In this document: in pieces, positions 36,690 through 45,567 of the stretch
How positions within the stretch are numbered: position 1 is the first letter of the stretch
Layout of the letters: each line of letters begins with the position of its first letter
DNA from: Bdellovibrionota bacterium
Lineage (GTDB): Bacteria; Bdellovibrionota; UBA2428
Assembly: GCA_035539375.1 (NCBI GenBank)
Contig: DATLIP010000068.1
Location: 11,383-75,382, forward strand
Reading direction: 5' to 3'
Length of the DNA stretch: 64,000 nt
The notes under the pieces: model-generated
Databases searched by the model: none
Seen by the model: the letters and a program-made list of their open reading frames with translations, nothing else
What the model was told of the DNA's origin: nothing
Position numbers and translations under genes: made by a program

Positions 36690-37939
36690 AAATCGAGGCT
36701 CCGGCTAAGTTGTATTGAAAAGCCGCTCTGGCGAGCGGTCGAGCGCGAGTTGGAGTTGAAGACCGAGGGATCGGGATAGCCGCTCGGATAACTCACCTCA
36801 CCTGAGAACTTGGTCCACGAGCGCTCATAGGTGTAGGCAAAAGTGAAGTTGAATTTGTTGAGCCACCAGCGGTTGGAAATTGTTTCTAGCCCCAAGGCGA
36901 GCGTGCCGCTCATTGCGCCGAAGGTGGCGGAGTCGCCGCGCTGAAACTCGCCCGAGTCCGTGGCGTTGCCCACGGGGTGGTATTCGGCGCGCAGTTGGGG
37001 TGGGGTGACGCGCAAGCCAATGATTGGCGCAAAGATGAGGCTGTGGTCGATGAAGTCGAGGCCCACACCCGCGCGCAGTCCCCAGCTATGGTACGCCGTG
37101 CTGAGAATGGAGTAATCGTCGGTGAGATTTGTCTTGAAGTCACGCCGCTGATGCACGGCCATCAGCGAGAGGTCGAGATTCCAGATTTTCTGATGCACGC
37201 CGAGAGCTAACTGCAACTCGCTCACGTGCGTCTCCACGGGAGGATCGGTATCGCTCGAAAAATACCCACGCGTGGAGAGATCGTTGCTATAGGATTTGAA
37301 ATCCGCCACGAGGAATTTGGATTTGATCTCAAGTCCAAATTCGCTTCCCCAAGTCACATGGCGCGAGTACTTGGAGTCGTTGAAGGCGAAGTGGTCCGTG
37401 GGGTCGCCTGTATCAAAGAAATCCTTGGGACTCTCTTTGAGGTAGAGCGAACGGCGGCCAAAGAAGGGCGTCAGACGCAAGCCAAAGCTGCCTTTGCCGC
37501 GAGCTTCCCCTTGGGAATTGCGTCCGTCTTCGAGAATCTTGCGGATGAGGTCGGGATCGTTGATCTCAATCAGAAAAAAATCAGCCGTGCGCGGGGAAAC
37601 GGGCAGGTAGCGACGCGTCTGGCCGTTCTCGATCACTCGAAACGAGCAGTTTTCGCTGTCGCAGCCGCGCAGTTGCCCTGAGGAGAGTGGAATGTCTCCG
37701 AAAACCGGATGGCGATACACCAGCCCTAGGTAAACCGGGTACTGGAGACGCTTGGGTTGCGCTGTGGGACGCACGATGATGTCGATGTCCTGGGACTCTT
37801 CGAGGGGTGCGGAGCGCTCGAGGCGACGGATTTCGAAGTTTTTGGACTGGGCCCGTGCTTCGGGGCTTTGAAAAAGCGGCGAGGCCGAGAGGGAGAGCGA
37901 CAAAATTTTGACGAAAGTCTTCCGCTTTGACGCTCTCAT
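36686..37939 (-). CDS. Secreted protein, putative outer-membrane beta-barrel; translationally coupled to the VWA gene
   Basis: 417 aa. Signal peptide (LSLSLSASPLFQSPEARAQ), alternating hydrophobic/aromatic strand-like C-terminal half. Its stop overlaps the VWA start (ATGA). Confidence 0.45.
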   Translation of the reverse strand: MRASKRKTFVKILSLSLSASPLFQSPEARAQSKNFEIRRLERSAPLEESQDIDIIVRPTAQPKRLQYPVYLGLVYRHPVFGDIPLSSGQLRGCDSENCSFRVIENGQTRRYLPVSPRTADFFLIEINDPDLIRKILEDGRNSQGEARGKGSFGLRLTPFFGRRSLYLKESPKDFFDTGDPTDHFAFNDSKYSRHVTWGSEFGLEIKSKFLVADFKSYSNDLSTRGYFSSDTDPPVETHVSELQLALGVHQKIWNLDLSLMAVHQRRDFKTNLTDDYSILSTAYHSWGLRAGVGLDFIDHSLIFAPIIGLRVTPPQLRAEYHPVGNATDSGEFQRGDSATFGAMSGTLALGLETISNRWWLNKFNFTFAYTYERSWTKFSGEVSYPSGYPDPSVFNSNSRSTARQSGFSIQLSRSLDL

Positions 37940-38002
37940 CTCCCCATTGTATTTTTTTTCGTAAAAAACAAAATGTTTTTCTGAGAAGATCCGATAAAGA
38001 CG

Positions 38003-38845
38003 GTGATGAAAACGCTACGCACGATTTTTATGGCCGTGATTTTGGTCGGCGCGCTGGGCGCTTGCGGCACGATGTACCGTGTTCGTTCGTTCCCCGAAGG
38101 CGCCAAAGTGGTCGTACAAAACGTCGTGTCCAAAGAAGAGTTCGAGATCGGTGAGACACCGGCGAACTTTGAGCACCTGCCCAAGTACGGCGATGGTTTC
38201 ATGATCAAAGTCTCTAAAGAGCAGTTCCTGCCCGAAGAGATTTTCCTCAGCCGCGCCCCTGGCTCTGACACCACAGTGCAAGTCAACCTCAAACCAGGCC
38301 AAGACCCCAACGGTTTGGCCGGTAATGACGATAACAAAGACAAGAAGCCCGAAGACAAGAAGAACGAAGAAGACGAGCTCAAGAACCGCATCGCGGTGCT
38401 CGAGCGTACCTTTGAGATCTTCAAGGGCGCCATCTTCTCGCCCCGCCTCGGCTCGAGCCCTCCCTCGGTGGATCGTCGCAATACCGACATGAAGGTCGGC
38501 CTCGTGAACAAGGCCCAGGCCTTTATCGAGCGCCGTCAGTTCGACAAGGCCGAAGAGGCCATCGACCGCCTGATGGAACAAGACGAATACCTTACGCAGG
38601 GTCACGTGCTGAAGGGCACCATGGCCTTCATGCAGGGCGATTACCAGGGCGCAGCGCGCTCTTGGGAGCGTTCGCTGGAGATCGACCCCTATCAAAAACT
38701 TACTCGCCAATACCTGGTGGAAGCCTACAAGCGCATGGGCCGCGACGTGCCGGGTGATCCCGAAGAATTTGAACTCGTCGATCGCACGCCCGCTTCCTCG
38801 CCTCTGCAGACCGACACCCTTAAGTTGAGGCTGCGCAACCGATGA
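38003..38845 (+). CDS. PEGA-domain lipoprotein with a C-terminal TPR-like region
   Basis: Lipobox LGAC. Literal PEGA motif (VRSFPEGAKVVVQN...GETPANFEHLP). Lys/Asp/Glu-rich linker. TPR-like helices (AEEAIDRLMEQDEYLTQGHVLKGTMAFMQGDYQGAARSWERSLEIDPY). Confidence 0.7.
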   Translation: MMKTLRTIFMAVILVGALGACGTMYRVRSFPEGAKVVVQNVVSKEEFEIGETPANFEHLPKYGDGFMIKVSKEQFLPEEIFLSRAPGSDTTVQVNLKPGQDPNGLAGNDDNKDKKPEDKKNEEDELKNRIAVLERTFEIFKGAIFSPRLGSSPPSVDRRNTDMKVGLVNKAQAFIERRQFDKAEEAIDRLMEQDEYLTQGHVLKGTMAFMQGDYQGAARSWERSLEIDPYQKLTRQYLVEAYKRMGRDVPGDPEEFELVDRTPASSPLQTDTLKLRLRNR

Positions 38846-39456
38846 AATCTTTGAGCTCGCTTCTTCTTGCGGCCTCGGTCTTTGCCGTTCCTGCCATGGC
38901 GGAAACGGTGCAGGCTTCCTTTTTGACGGGATTCCCGCTCGCACTCGTCGACCTCGACGGCGGCATTCGCGGCAACCTCAACGCCAAGGCCCTCATCGGC
39001 GGCGAGGTGACGCTGCACCTCAAGGACTATCCCTTCGCGGTGGGCGTCTATTACGAAGGCTACTTTGGTGGCGACTACGGCATGCTTCCGCTCAACAACA
39101 GCGGCATCATGTTGCACTACTACCCCTTCGGATCGCTCAACAACAACACGAACATCGGCAACAAAGTTTCCGTGCGTCAAACAGGTCTCACCATGTACGG
39201 CACCTTTGCCGCCGGCTTGACCTTTATGAACATCCGCTCGCAGAAGGCCACCGACACCCAACATTTTTTTGGCGCTTCGGCATTCAACATGAAGCTCGCT
39301 GCGAACCTAGATTATCCGGTGGACGACCGCTTCGTGATGGGTGGAAGTCTTTATTATCTCACCACTTTTGGTGGCAAGGCGGGGCCTGACAACGAAGACG
39401 TGGGTATCCCGCTCTCGTTTGCCTTCGTGATGCGCAGTTCTTGGCTCTTTTTCTAA
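38842..39456 (+). CDS. Small secreted protein, putative 8-10-strand outer-membrane beta-barrel
   Basis: 204 aa. Signal peptide (LLLAASVFAVPAMAET), C-terminal ...SSWLFF. Start overlaps the previous stop (ATGA). Confidence 0.45.
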   Translation: MKSLSSLLLAASVFAVPAMAETVQASFLTGFPLALVDLDGGIRGNLNAKALIGGEVTLHLKDYPFAVGVYYEGYFGGDYGMLPLNNSGIMLHYYPFGSLNNNTNIGNKVSVRQTGLTMYGTFAAGLTFMNIRSQKATDTQHFFGASAFNMKLAANLDYPVDDRFVMGGSLYYLTTFGGKAGPDNEDVGIPLSFAFVMRSSWLFF

Positions 39457-39558
39457 GAGCCCATTATTAAGTTTTCGTAAAAGATCGCCGATTTAACAGT
39501 ATCGCCGAAATTTGTGCGCGCCCGGATGGCGTGTTCGTTTCGGAGATATGGAGACTTG

Positions 39559-41109
39559 ATGATGAAGGAATATCTCAAAAATTACGCGTCGATCTTGTCG
39601 CTCTTTGCGGTGGTGCTTACCCTTGTGACGGCGTTCGCCTTTAACATCTACCTCAATTCGCGCGATGCTTTTGTGAGCGCCGAAGAAATGAAATTCCGTT
39701 CGGCAGTGACCAATCTCGAGCGCGATATCGACGATCTCAAAGTACAACTCGACGACTCCGTGCTTGGCCTTGATCGCACTGGCGTGCACGGCAATTTTGA
39801 ATTTTATCGCAAGGGCACCGACTTGATGGCCAAACACACCCAGATGGCCGAGCGCGAGATCGCCATTCAGAGCGACGGCGGCGAACCTTTCGCGGCCAGC
39901 ATCCAGAATTTTCTCAGCGGAGACTACGTGCTCACCAACTCGCGCGGCGAAAGCCTTTCGTCGCACACCAAACAATTCAAATTTCTCACGAGCCAAGCGC
40001 GCGTGAATCTTATCCAAAAGAAAACCCTCGGAACGCAGGGTTTTTTGGTGCTCGACGCCTCGGGCGCTTACCTGGCCTCGAGTTTTGACTACCGAAACTT
40101 TTTGAAATCCACCGTGCTCGTTTGGAACCGCAAGATTCAGGGCTCGGACCTGGCCATGGTTCACGCCGCTGCGTATCCAGGTTTTTTGCCGATTTTCTTT
40201 AGCGTGCTCGGCTTTGCCGCGCTGATCTGTGTGCCCTTTGCGCTTGCGCTCTTCGTGATTCGTCGTCGTGTGGCCCGCGCTTATGGCGAAATCGCCGCAT
40301 GGGTCGGTGTCACCGCCGAATCGATGCGCTACGGCCGTCCGGTGGAGCTGCCCACCACGCGTTCGGTGACCCGTCAGGCGTTGCCGCTGCTCACGTCGAT
40401 TCAGGATGCCTTCTCCAAGACCTCGCCCTTGCTCAGCTACGGCGGCGGAGATTTTCTCTCGCAAGAATTCAATCTCGTGAGCTGGAATCATTTTAAGAAA
40501 ACCATTTCCCTCTGGCTCTGTGGACAGTCCGGCAACTTTGACGTCGAAAACGGCAAAGACTGGGTGGTTTGCTCGATCGGTGCCGTACGCGACTCCGTGC
40601 TCGACACCTTCGTGCGCGAAGCCAACGGCGCGATGCTCTCTAAGAAAATGTTCTTTTACCAGTACTCCGATCGCACGGTGCTCCTGGCACTGAAAGTGGT
40701 GGACTTTGAAGAGTCGCTAGAGCGTATCAAGGCGCTCATCAAAAACGCTGCGGCTCGCGAGGGCTTTGCCGCGCATGACATCGTGGTGGATGCCGTTTAC
40801 GGCTCGCAGCACACGTCGACCTTTGGAGATTGGTTTAGCTACTTTGAGTCGATCGTTCGCGCTCCCACTGCGGCGAAGCGCGATGAAGCGCTGATCAGCA
40901 CTGAGGTGGTGAGATTTTACATGTACGCTTCGCGCGAAAAGGTGCTCGCTCTGAACTGGATTCAGCTCATGGCTGGCGTGCGCAACTGGCTGCAGCTCAA
41001 GGCTCCGGAAGCTGAGAGCTATCAAAAGGCCCCGGGAGCAGCTCCGCGACCGAGAAAATTCGCTCGACCCCGTTTAGCGAAGCCTGGCACAGCAGCGTCC
41101 GAGGGTTAG
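39559..41109 (+). CDS. Two-TM membrane protein with a periplasmic loop and a cytoplasmic domain (possibly a degenerate GGDEF-like fold)
   Basis: Start placed at ATGATG 39559 behind a GGAGA Shine-Dalgarno. TM1 ILSLFAVVLTLVTAFAFNIYL, TM2 FLPIFFSVLGFAALICVPFALALFVI. The cytoplasmic segment ...MFFYQYSDRTVLLALKVVDFEESLERIKALIKN loosely resembles the ...R.GGDEF.+LL.....EA...AE+I+ pattern. The 3' 113 nt overlap the convergent cdd gene. Confidence 0.5.
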   Translation: MMKEYLKNYASILSLFAVVLTLVTAFAFNIYLNSRDAFVSAEEMKFRSAVTNLERDIDDLKVQLDDSVLGLDRTGVHGNFEFYRKGTDLMAKHTQMAEREIAIQSDGGEPFAASIQNFLSGDYVLTNSRGESLSSHTKQFKFLTSQARVNLIQKKTLGTQGFLVLDASGAYLASSFDYRNFLKSTVLVWNRKIQGSDLAMVHAAAYPGFLPIFFSVLGFAALICVPFALALFVIRRRVARAYGEIAAWVGVTAESMRYGRPVELPTTRSVTRQALPLLTSIQDAFSKTSPLLSYGGGDFLSQEFNLVSWNHFKKTISLWLCGQSGNFDVENGKDWVVCSIGAVRDSVLDTFVREANGAMLSKKMFFYQYSDRTVLLALKVVDFEESLERIKALIKNAAAREGFAAHDIVVDAVYGSQHTSTFGDWFSYFESIVRAPTAAKRDEALISTEVVRFYMYASREKVLALNWIQLMAGVRNWLQLKAPEAESYQKAPGAAPRPRKFARPRLAKPGTAASEG

Positions 41110-41470
41110 AAAACTCCTGCAGCACTTGGCGACAGATCCCGCACGGCGACGCCGCGGGTTTGGTGTCGGTCACAACCACAATCACATCCACCTTGGCGCC
41201 CGGATTTTCCGAAAGCGCTTTCCAAATGGCCACGCGCTCGGCGCAAACCGTGGCGCCGTAGCTCGAGTTTTCGATGTTGCATCCCAAATAAGATTTAGGG
41301 CTTCGTGCCTTTTGCAAATTGAGCGCGGCACCTACGGCAAATTTCGAGTAGGGGCTGTACGAGGTGCGGCGCGCGCGCAACGAGTCTTTGTAGAGGCGCT
41401 TGATGGTTTTTAGCGTGGCTGCTTTGACGCCCAGGCGTTCGAGGTCGGGTTTGGCGGAAGCTTTGATCAT
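40997..41470 (-). CDS. cdd: Cytidine deaminase
   Basis: 157 aa. Zinc-binding CAERVAI and PCGICRQVL motifs. Typical LLPGPF C-terminus. Confidence 0.88.
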   Translation of the reverse strand: MIKASAKPDLERLGVKAATLKTIKRLYKDSLRARRTSYSPYSKFAVGAALNLQKARSPKSYLGCNIENSSYGATVCAERVAIWKALSENPGAKVDVIVVVTDTKPAASPCGICRQVLQEFSNPRTLLCQASLNGVERIFSVAELLPGPFDSSQLPEP

Positions 41471-41489
41471 GTGTTTTTTTATCCTATCA

Positions 41490-42941
41490 CTATTCTAGGG
41501 ATTGGCGCGCCGGCGTCCATGTCCAGCCGTCGGGGGAATCCATCACCTGGATGCCCATGCCTTCCACTTGCTTGCGTACTTCGTCGGCCTCGGCGTAGGC
41601 CTTGGCCTCTTTGAGCTCCCAGCGCTTTGTGAGCAGGGATTCGATGTTTTGGAATTCGTTTTCCGAGAGGCCCGAACGCTTGAGGCGGCGGGCTCGGATA
41701 TTGTCGATGGCCGAGACGGGATCTTCTTTGAGCACGCCGATGATCTTGCGCAGGGTGGGCATGTAAAAGCCGTTCCACAAGGCGGCAGCTTCGGCGTTGT
41801 CTCCATTTTTTTGGAGCGCTTTGAGGCGTTTGAAAACAAGGCCCAGCGCTTTGGCAGCGTTGAGGTCGTCGCGCAGCGCTTCGAAAAACTCGGCGCTCGC
41901 TTCGGCTTCGGTGGCAGCCTCGTGGTGGCTGCCTCGCCATTCGAGTGTGTTGCGGTAGAGTTTTTCGAGCAGGATCTCCGAGCGGATGATCGAGTCACCG
42001 CCGAAGTCCAGTAGCGAACGGTAATGCGTTTGGCTGACAAGCAGGCGCAGCACTTCGGGGCCGAAGCCGTCCAGAAAATCGCGCAGGGTCATAAAGTTGC
42101 CCAGCGACTTGGACATCTTCACGCGCTGGATTTGCAGCATGCCGTTGTGCACCCAATAGCGCGCGAGCGGTCGGTGGTTATCGCAGGCTTCGCTCTGGGC
42201 GATTTCGTTTTCGTGGTGAGGGAACACGAGGTCCGATCCGCCGAGGTGGATGTCGAGGCGCTCGGGAAAGATCGCATCGATCATGGCCGAGCATTCGATG
42301 TGCCAGCCGGGGCGGCCTTCGCCCCAGGGCGAGGCCCACGAGGGCTCGCCAGGTTTGGCAGCTTTCCACAGGGCAAAGTCCACGGCGGATTCTTTTTGCT
42401 CGCCGGGCGCGATGCGCGATTGATTCAGAAGTTCGTCGATAGGGCGTTTGCTGAGCTTGCCGTATTCGGCAAAAGAGGAAACTCGAAAGTAGACATCGCT
42501 GCCAAAGGGCGTCTCCGCCGGATATGCGTGCCCGCCCTGAACGAGTTTTTCGATCATCGCGATGATCTCACCGATGTGTTCGGTGGCTTTGGGCTTGTGG
42601 TTCGGAGGGCGTACATCGAGCGCGCGCATGTCAGCGTCGAACTCTTCGGAGAAGCGCTGGGCGATTTCCATCGCGTCGACGCCTTCTTCGGCCGCCTTGT
42701 TGATGATCTTGTCATCGACGTCCGTGTAGTTGCGCGCAAAGTTCACGCGGTAGCCGCTCGCCTCTAAAGTGCGCACGAGCAGATCTTGCACCAAGAAGGC
42801 GCGGGCATTGCCCACGTGAATGAGCCCATAAACGGTAGGACCGCAGCCGTACATGGAAACCTCGCCCGGGCGGATGGGCTCGAAGCTTTCTTTCTTTTGC
42901 GACTGGGTATTGTAGAGAGAGATTTGCGACGGGTTCGCCAT
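41490..42941 (-). CDS. cysS: Cysteinyl-tRNA synthetase
   Basis: 483 aa. MYGCGPTVYGLIHVGNAR (HIGH), KMSKSLGNF (KMSKS), WHIECSAM zinc/cysteine-binding motif. Confidence 0.93.
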   Translation of the reverse strand: MANPSQISLYNTQSQKKESFEPIRPGEVSMYGCGPTVYGLIHVGNARAFLVQDLLVRTLEASGYRVNFARNYTDVDDKIINKAAEEGVDAMEIAQRFSEEFDADMRALDVRPPNHKPKATEHIGEIIAMIEKLVQGGHAYPAETPFGSDVYFRVSSFAEYGKLSKRPIDELLNQSRIAPGEQKESAVDFALWKAAKPGEPSWASPWGEGRPGWHIECSAMIDAIFPERLDIHLGGSDLVFPHHENEIAQSEACDNHRPLARYWVHNGMLQIQRVKMSKSLGNFMTLRDFLDGFGPEVLRLLVSQTHYRSLLDFGGDSIIRSEILLEKLYRNTLEWRGSHHEAATEAEASAEFFEALRDDLNAAKALGLVFKRLKALQKNGDNAEAAALWNGFYMPTLRKIIGVLKEDPVSAIDNIRARRLKRSGLSENEFQNIESLLTKRWELKEAKAYAEADEVRKQVEGMGIQVMDSPDGWTWTPARQSLE

Positions 42942-42960
42942 GGAAGGCTTTGATTTAGCA

Positions 42961-43020
42961 CAAAAGAAACCCCTTCACGACGGCAGAATTGCGGGGTTTC
43001 TGCGTCATGAAGGGGGTTTC
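42961..43020 (-). terminator. Rho-independent terminator downstream of 43049-43516 (upstream of cysS)
   Basis: On the - strand, GAAACCCCCTTCATGACG...CGTCGTGAAGGGGTTTC forms a long, near-perfect stem (42966-43020) followed directly by TTTTG (42961-42965). Confidence 0.65.
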
Positions 43021-43048
43021 GCTAACCCTATTTGTGTTTCACTGCGGA

Positions 43049-43516
43049 CTAGCGACGGCCCATGAGGCCCGAGTTCCACAGATCGCGCTTGGCGCTGTCG
43101 ATCACACGGATGGCGTTGTTGCGCTCGAATTCCTGCATGCGACGATCGCCATCGCGGAGCGCTCCGGCGAGGCGCTGGATGCTGAGTTGCAGACGATTCC
43201 GCGCCTCGGCCACTTCGCGATTGCGCACTCCGCGCAGCGTTTGCAGGGCGTCCTGCATGCCACGCATGCCTCGCATGAGGTTGCCTCGATAGAGGTCTCC
43301 CGACGCGTAGCCCAGTTGGTCGAAGGCGCTACGTACGGCGAAGCGGTCTTCGCGATCGTCGAAGTCAGGACGACCAGGGCCGGGACGACCGGGACCTACA
43401 GGCCCGTGGCCGGGGCCATGTCCGAAGCCGGGTCCACCGGGACGAGCCTGGCTCAGTTGGGCCGAGCCGGCGATGAAGGTAGCCATTACAGCGGTTAACA
43501 ATTTTTTTGAGTTCAT
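43049..43516 (-). CDS. Small secreted protein with a Gly/Pro-rich low-complexity segment
   Basis: Start placed at MNSKKLL behind an AGGAGAG Shine-Dalgarno. Signal peptide ...FIAGSAQLSQA, then RPGGPGFGHGPGHGPVGPGRPGPGRPDFDD, then a helical Arg-rich C-terminus. Confidence 0.5.
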   Translation of the reverse strand: MNSKKLLTAVMATFIAGSAQLSQARPGGPGFGHGPGHGPVGPGRPGPGRPDFDDREDRFAVRSAFDQLGYASGDLYRGNLMRGMRGMQDALQTLRGVRNREVAEARNRLQLSIQRLAGALRDGDRRMQEFERNNAIRVIDSAKRDLWNSGLMGRR

Positions 43517-43738
43517 ATTGGTCACTCTCCTCTGCACTTAGAAATAGGAAGCCTTTGAGGAATAAGCAACGCGAATTGTATTAAATAATCTTACATTGAT
43601 GAAATCAATTTCGCCGTCAAAATTCGTGCTCTGCTATTGAGGTTAACGCTCGGACGGAAGAATGCAAGCTCCCGCAAAAACTAAGGGTTTGCCTCGCTTG
43701 ACCACGCATGAACTTCGACCCTAAGCTCATGGGCCTCT

Positions 43739-45052
43739 ATGACATCCGCAAAGCCAGATTTTAAAGTTAAAGACCTCTCGCTCGCCGAATGGGGGCGCAA
43801 AGAAATTGAAATTGCCGAATCCGAAATGCCGGGGCTGATGGCTCTTCGCGCAGAGTACAAAAGCAAATTTCCGCTGAAGGGCGCGAAGATCGCGGGCTGC
43901 TTGCACATGACGATCCAAACCGCCGTGCTCATCGAAACTCTCGTGGAGCTCGGTGCGGAAGTGCGCTGGTCCTCGTGCAACATTTTCTCTACGCAAGATC
44001 ACGCTGCAGCGGCGATCGCCGCTAAAGGCATCGCGGTCTTCGCTTGGAAGGGCATGAACGAAAAAGAATTCGATTGGTGCATCGAGCAGACGCTGCGTTG
44101 GCCCGATGGCTCGCAGCTCAACATGATTCTCGACGACGGCGGCGATCTCACCAACATGGTGCACGATCGTTTTCCTGAACTCATCAAAGGCGTTTTCGGT
44201 CTTTCCGAAGAAACCACCACGGGCGTGCATCGTCTCGCGCAGCGCGAACAGCGCGGCACCCTCAAGATGCCTGCGATCAACGTGAACGATTCGTGCACGA
44301 AGTCCAAATTCGACAACCTCTACGGTTGCCGTGAATCTTTTGTCGACGCCATCAAGCGCGCCACGGACGTCATGTTCGCCGGCAAAGTGGTTGTGGTGGC
44401 CGGTTACGGCGACGTGGGCAAGGGTTGCGTGCAAGCGGCCAAGGGGCTCGGCGCGCGCGTTGAGGTCACGGAGATCGATCCCATCAACGCCCTGCAGGCC
44501 GCGATGGAAGGCTTCCGTGTGGTGAGCATGGATGAAGCCGCGACCTATGGCGACATCTTTGTCACCACGACAGGCAACATCGACGTCGTCACCAAAAAGC
44601 ACATGGACTCCATGAAGCATCAGGCGATCGTTTGCAACATCGGCCACTTTGATTCGGAAGTGGACGTGGCGGGACTCAACGGCGACAAGTCGCTCAAGAA
44701 AGTCACCGTCAAACCGCAAGTGGATCAGTACATCTGGCCCAACGGCAAAGCGGTAACTCTGCTCGCCGAAGGTCGCCTCGTGAATTTGGGCTGCGCTACG
44801 GGGCACCCCTCCTTTGTGATGAGCGCCTCCTTCACCAACCAAGTGATCGCGCAGCTGGAGCTGTGGACATCGCGAGGCAAGGGCAAGTACGAGAACAAGG
44901 TCTACGTGCTTCCCAAGCATCTCGACGAAAAGGTGGCTCGTCTGCACCTCGACAAACTGGGCGTGAGGCTCACCAAGCTCACCTCGGCTCAAGCCGAGTA
45001 TTTGGGAGTTCCGGCCGAGGGTCCCTTCAAGCCTGATCACTATCGTTACTAA
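43739..45052 (+). CDS. ahcY: Adenosylhomocysteinase (SAH hydrolase)
   Basis: 437 aa. [26 protein letters not shown]-binding [25 protein letters not shown], and C-terminal PDHYRY. Confidence 0.95.
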   Translation: MTSAKPDFKVKDLSLAEWGRKEIEIAESEMPGLMALRAEYKSKFPLKGAKIAGCLHMTIQTAVLIETLVELGAEVRWSSCNIFSTQDHAAAAIAAKGIAVFAWKGMNEKEFDWCIEQTLRWPDGSQLNMILDDGGDLTNMVHDRFPELIKGVFGLSEETTTGVHRLAQREQRGTLKMPAINVNDSCTKSKFDNLYGCRESFVDAIKRATDVMFAGKVVVVAGYGDVGKGCVQAAKGLGARVEVTEIDPINALQAAMEGFRVVSMDEAATYGDIFVTTTGNIDVVTKKHMDSMKHQAIVCNIGHFDSEVDVAGLNGDKSLKKVTVKPQVDQYIWPNGKAVTLLAEGRLVNLGCATGHPSFVMSASFTNQVIAQLELWTSRGKGKYENKVYVLPKHLDEKVARLHLDKLGVRLTKLTSAQAEYLGVPAEGPFKPDHYRY

Positions 45053-45080
45053 GTCTTAACTTACTGATTTAACAAGGCTT

Positions 45081-45122
45081 CGCCGCTGTTAGCCCTTTTA
45101 AGGGGTCAGCGGCGGCATTTTC
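45081..45122 (+). terminator. Rho-independent terminator after ahcY
   Basis: cgccgctg (45081-45088) pairs with cagcggcg (45107-45114), with an inner ccctt/aaggg stem. A TTTT run follows within 3 nt. Confidence 0.65.
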
Positions 45123-45201
45123 CGCTTTACTCAGAATATGGGGCTATGGCACAGTGCGTCATAATTCGAATCCAGGTCGGACTCGAATCTAGCCGCGCCC
45201 C

Positions 45202-45549
45202 GTGCATGGAGGATGGAAAGTGACCAAAGCGCAAATCAAAAAAGCAATCGTAGCGATAGGGGTGATCTTCTCGGCTATCAATTTGGGTTCGGCCGCGTTT
45301 GCGGCGGGAGACGACTTCGTTAGTCGCTACGACTCAAGTCCTACCATCACGTGCATGTCTTTCGGTGTGAAACTGGTGGAAGCCAAAGAAGTCGAAGAAC
45401 AGACTGTTGTTACCAACGCGCTTAGCGAAGAGTCCTGCTCCGGCGAAGCCATTACCGGCCCCGAGCACCAAGGCTCGCGCATCGCGATCTCTGCAAAAGA
45501 ATCTTGCTCGAACAAATGCGAGCGCTGCAAAGATCCGATGTGTAACTAG
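45202..45549 (+). CDS. Small secreted Cys-rich hypothetical protein
   Basis: 115-aa ORF (an internal GTG start is possible). Hydrophobic signal-like segment AIVAIGVIFSAINLGSAAFAAG. C-terminal cluster SCSNKCERCKDPMCN. Confidence 0.4.
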   Translation: MHGGWKVTKAQIKKAIVAIGVIFSAINLGSAAFAAGDDFVSRYDSSPTITCMSFGVKLVEAKEVEEQTVVTNALSEESCSGEAITGPEHQGSRIAISAKESCSNKCERCKDPMCN

Positions 45550-45567
45550 TCTCCTAGCAAACGCGGT

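Noticed and set aside
39493-40491. 332-aa minus-strand ORF competing with the + strand membrane-protein ORF.
   Set aside because: The + frame has a Shine-Dalgarno, two clean TM helices and balanced composition. The minus frame is His/Arg/Gly-rich (…HTTTNHEERKRKGHTDQRGKAEH…).
43640-43650. 11-nt repeat aggttaacgct, also present at 46779-46789; both copies are in promoter regions.
   Set aside because: A single 11-mer recurrence is expected by chance many times in 64 kb (on the order of hundreds of such pairs), so it is not evidence for a shared operator.
43538-43738. Possible SAH riboswitch upstream of ahcY.
   Set aside because: I could not find the conserved SAH-riboswitch core (AGGAGCGC…GGCUC…GCGCUC-type pseudoknot elements as I recall them) in the 200-nt leader. 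A covariance-model scan would be needed to exclude it.
43727-45040. 437-aa minus-strand ORF exactly mirroring ahcY.
   Set aside because: ahcY on the + strand is unambiguous (NAD-binding and catalytic motifs). The antisense frame is a known stop-codon-poor mirror frame.
45125-45200. tRNA-like impression (…ttcgaatcc… and …ctcgaatct…) downstream of ahcY.
   Set aside because: No acceptor, D or anticodon stems can be drawn, and the T-loop-like strings lack complementary flanks.
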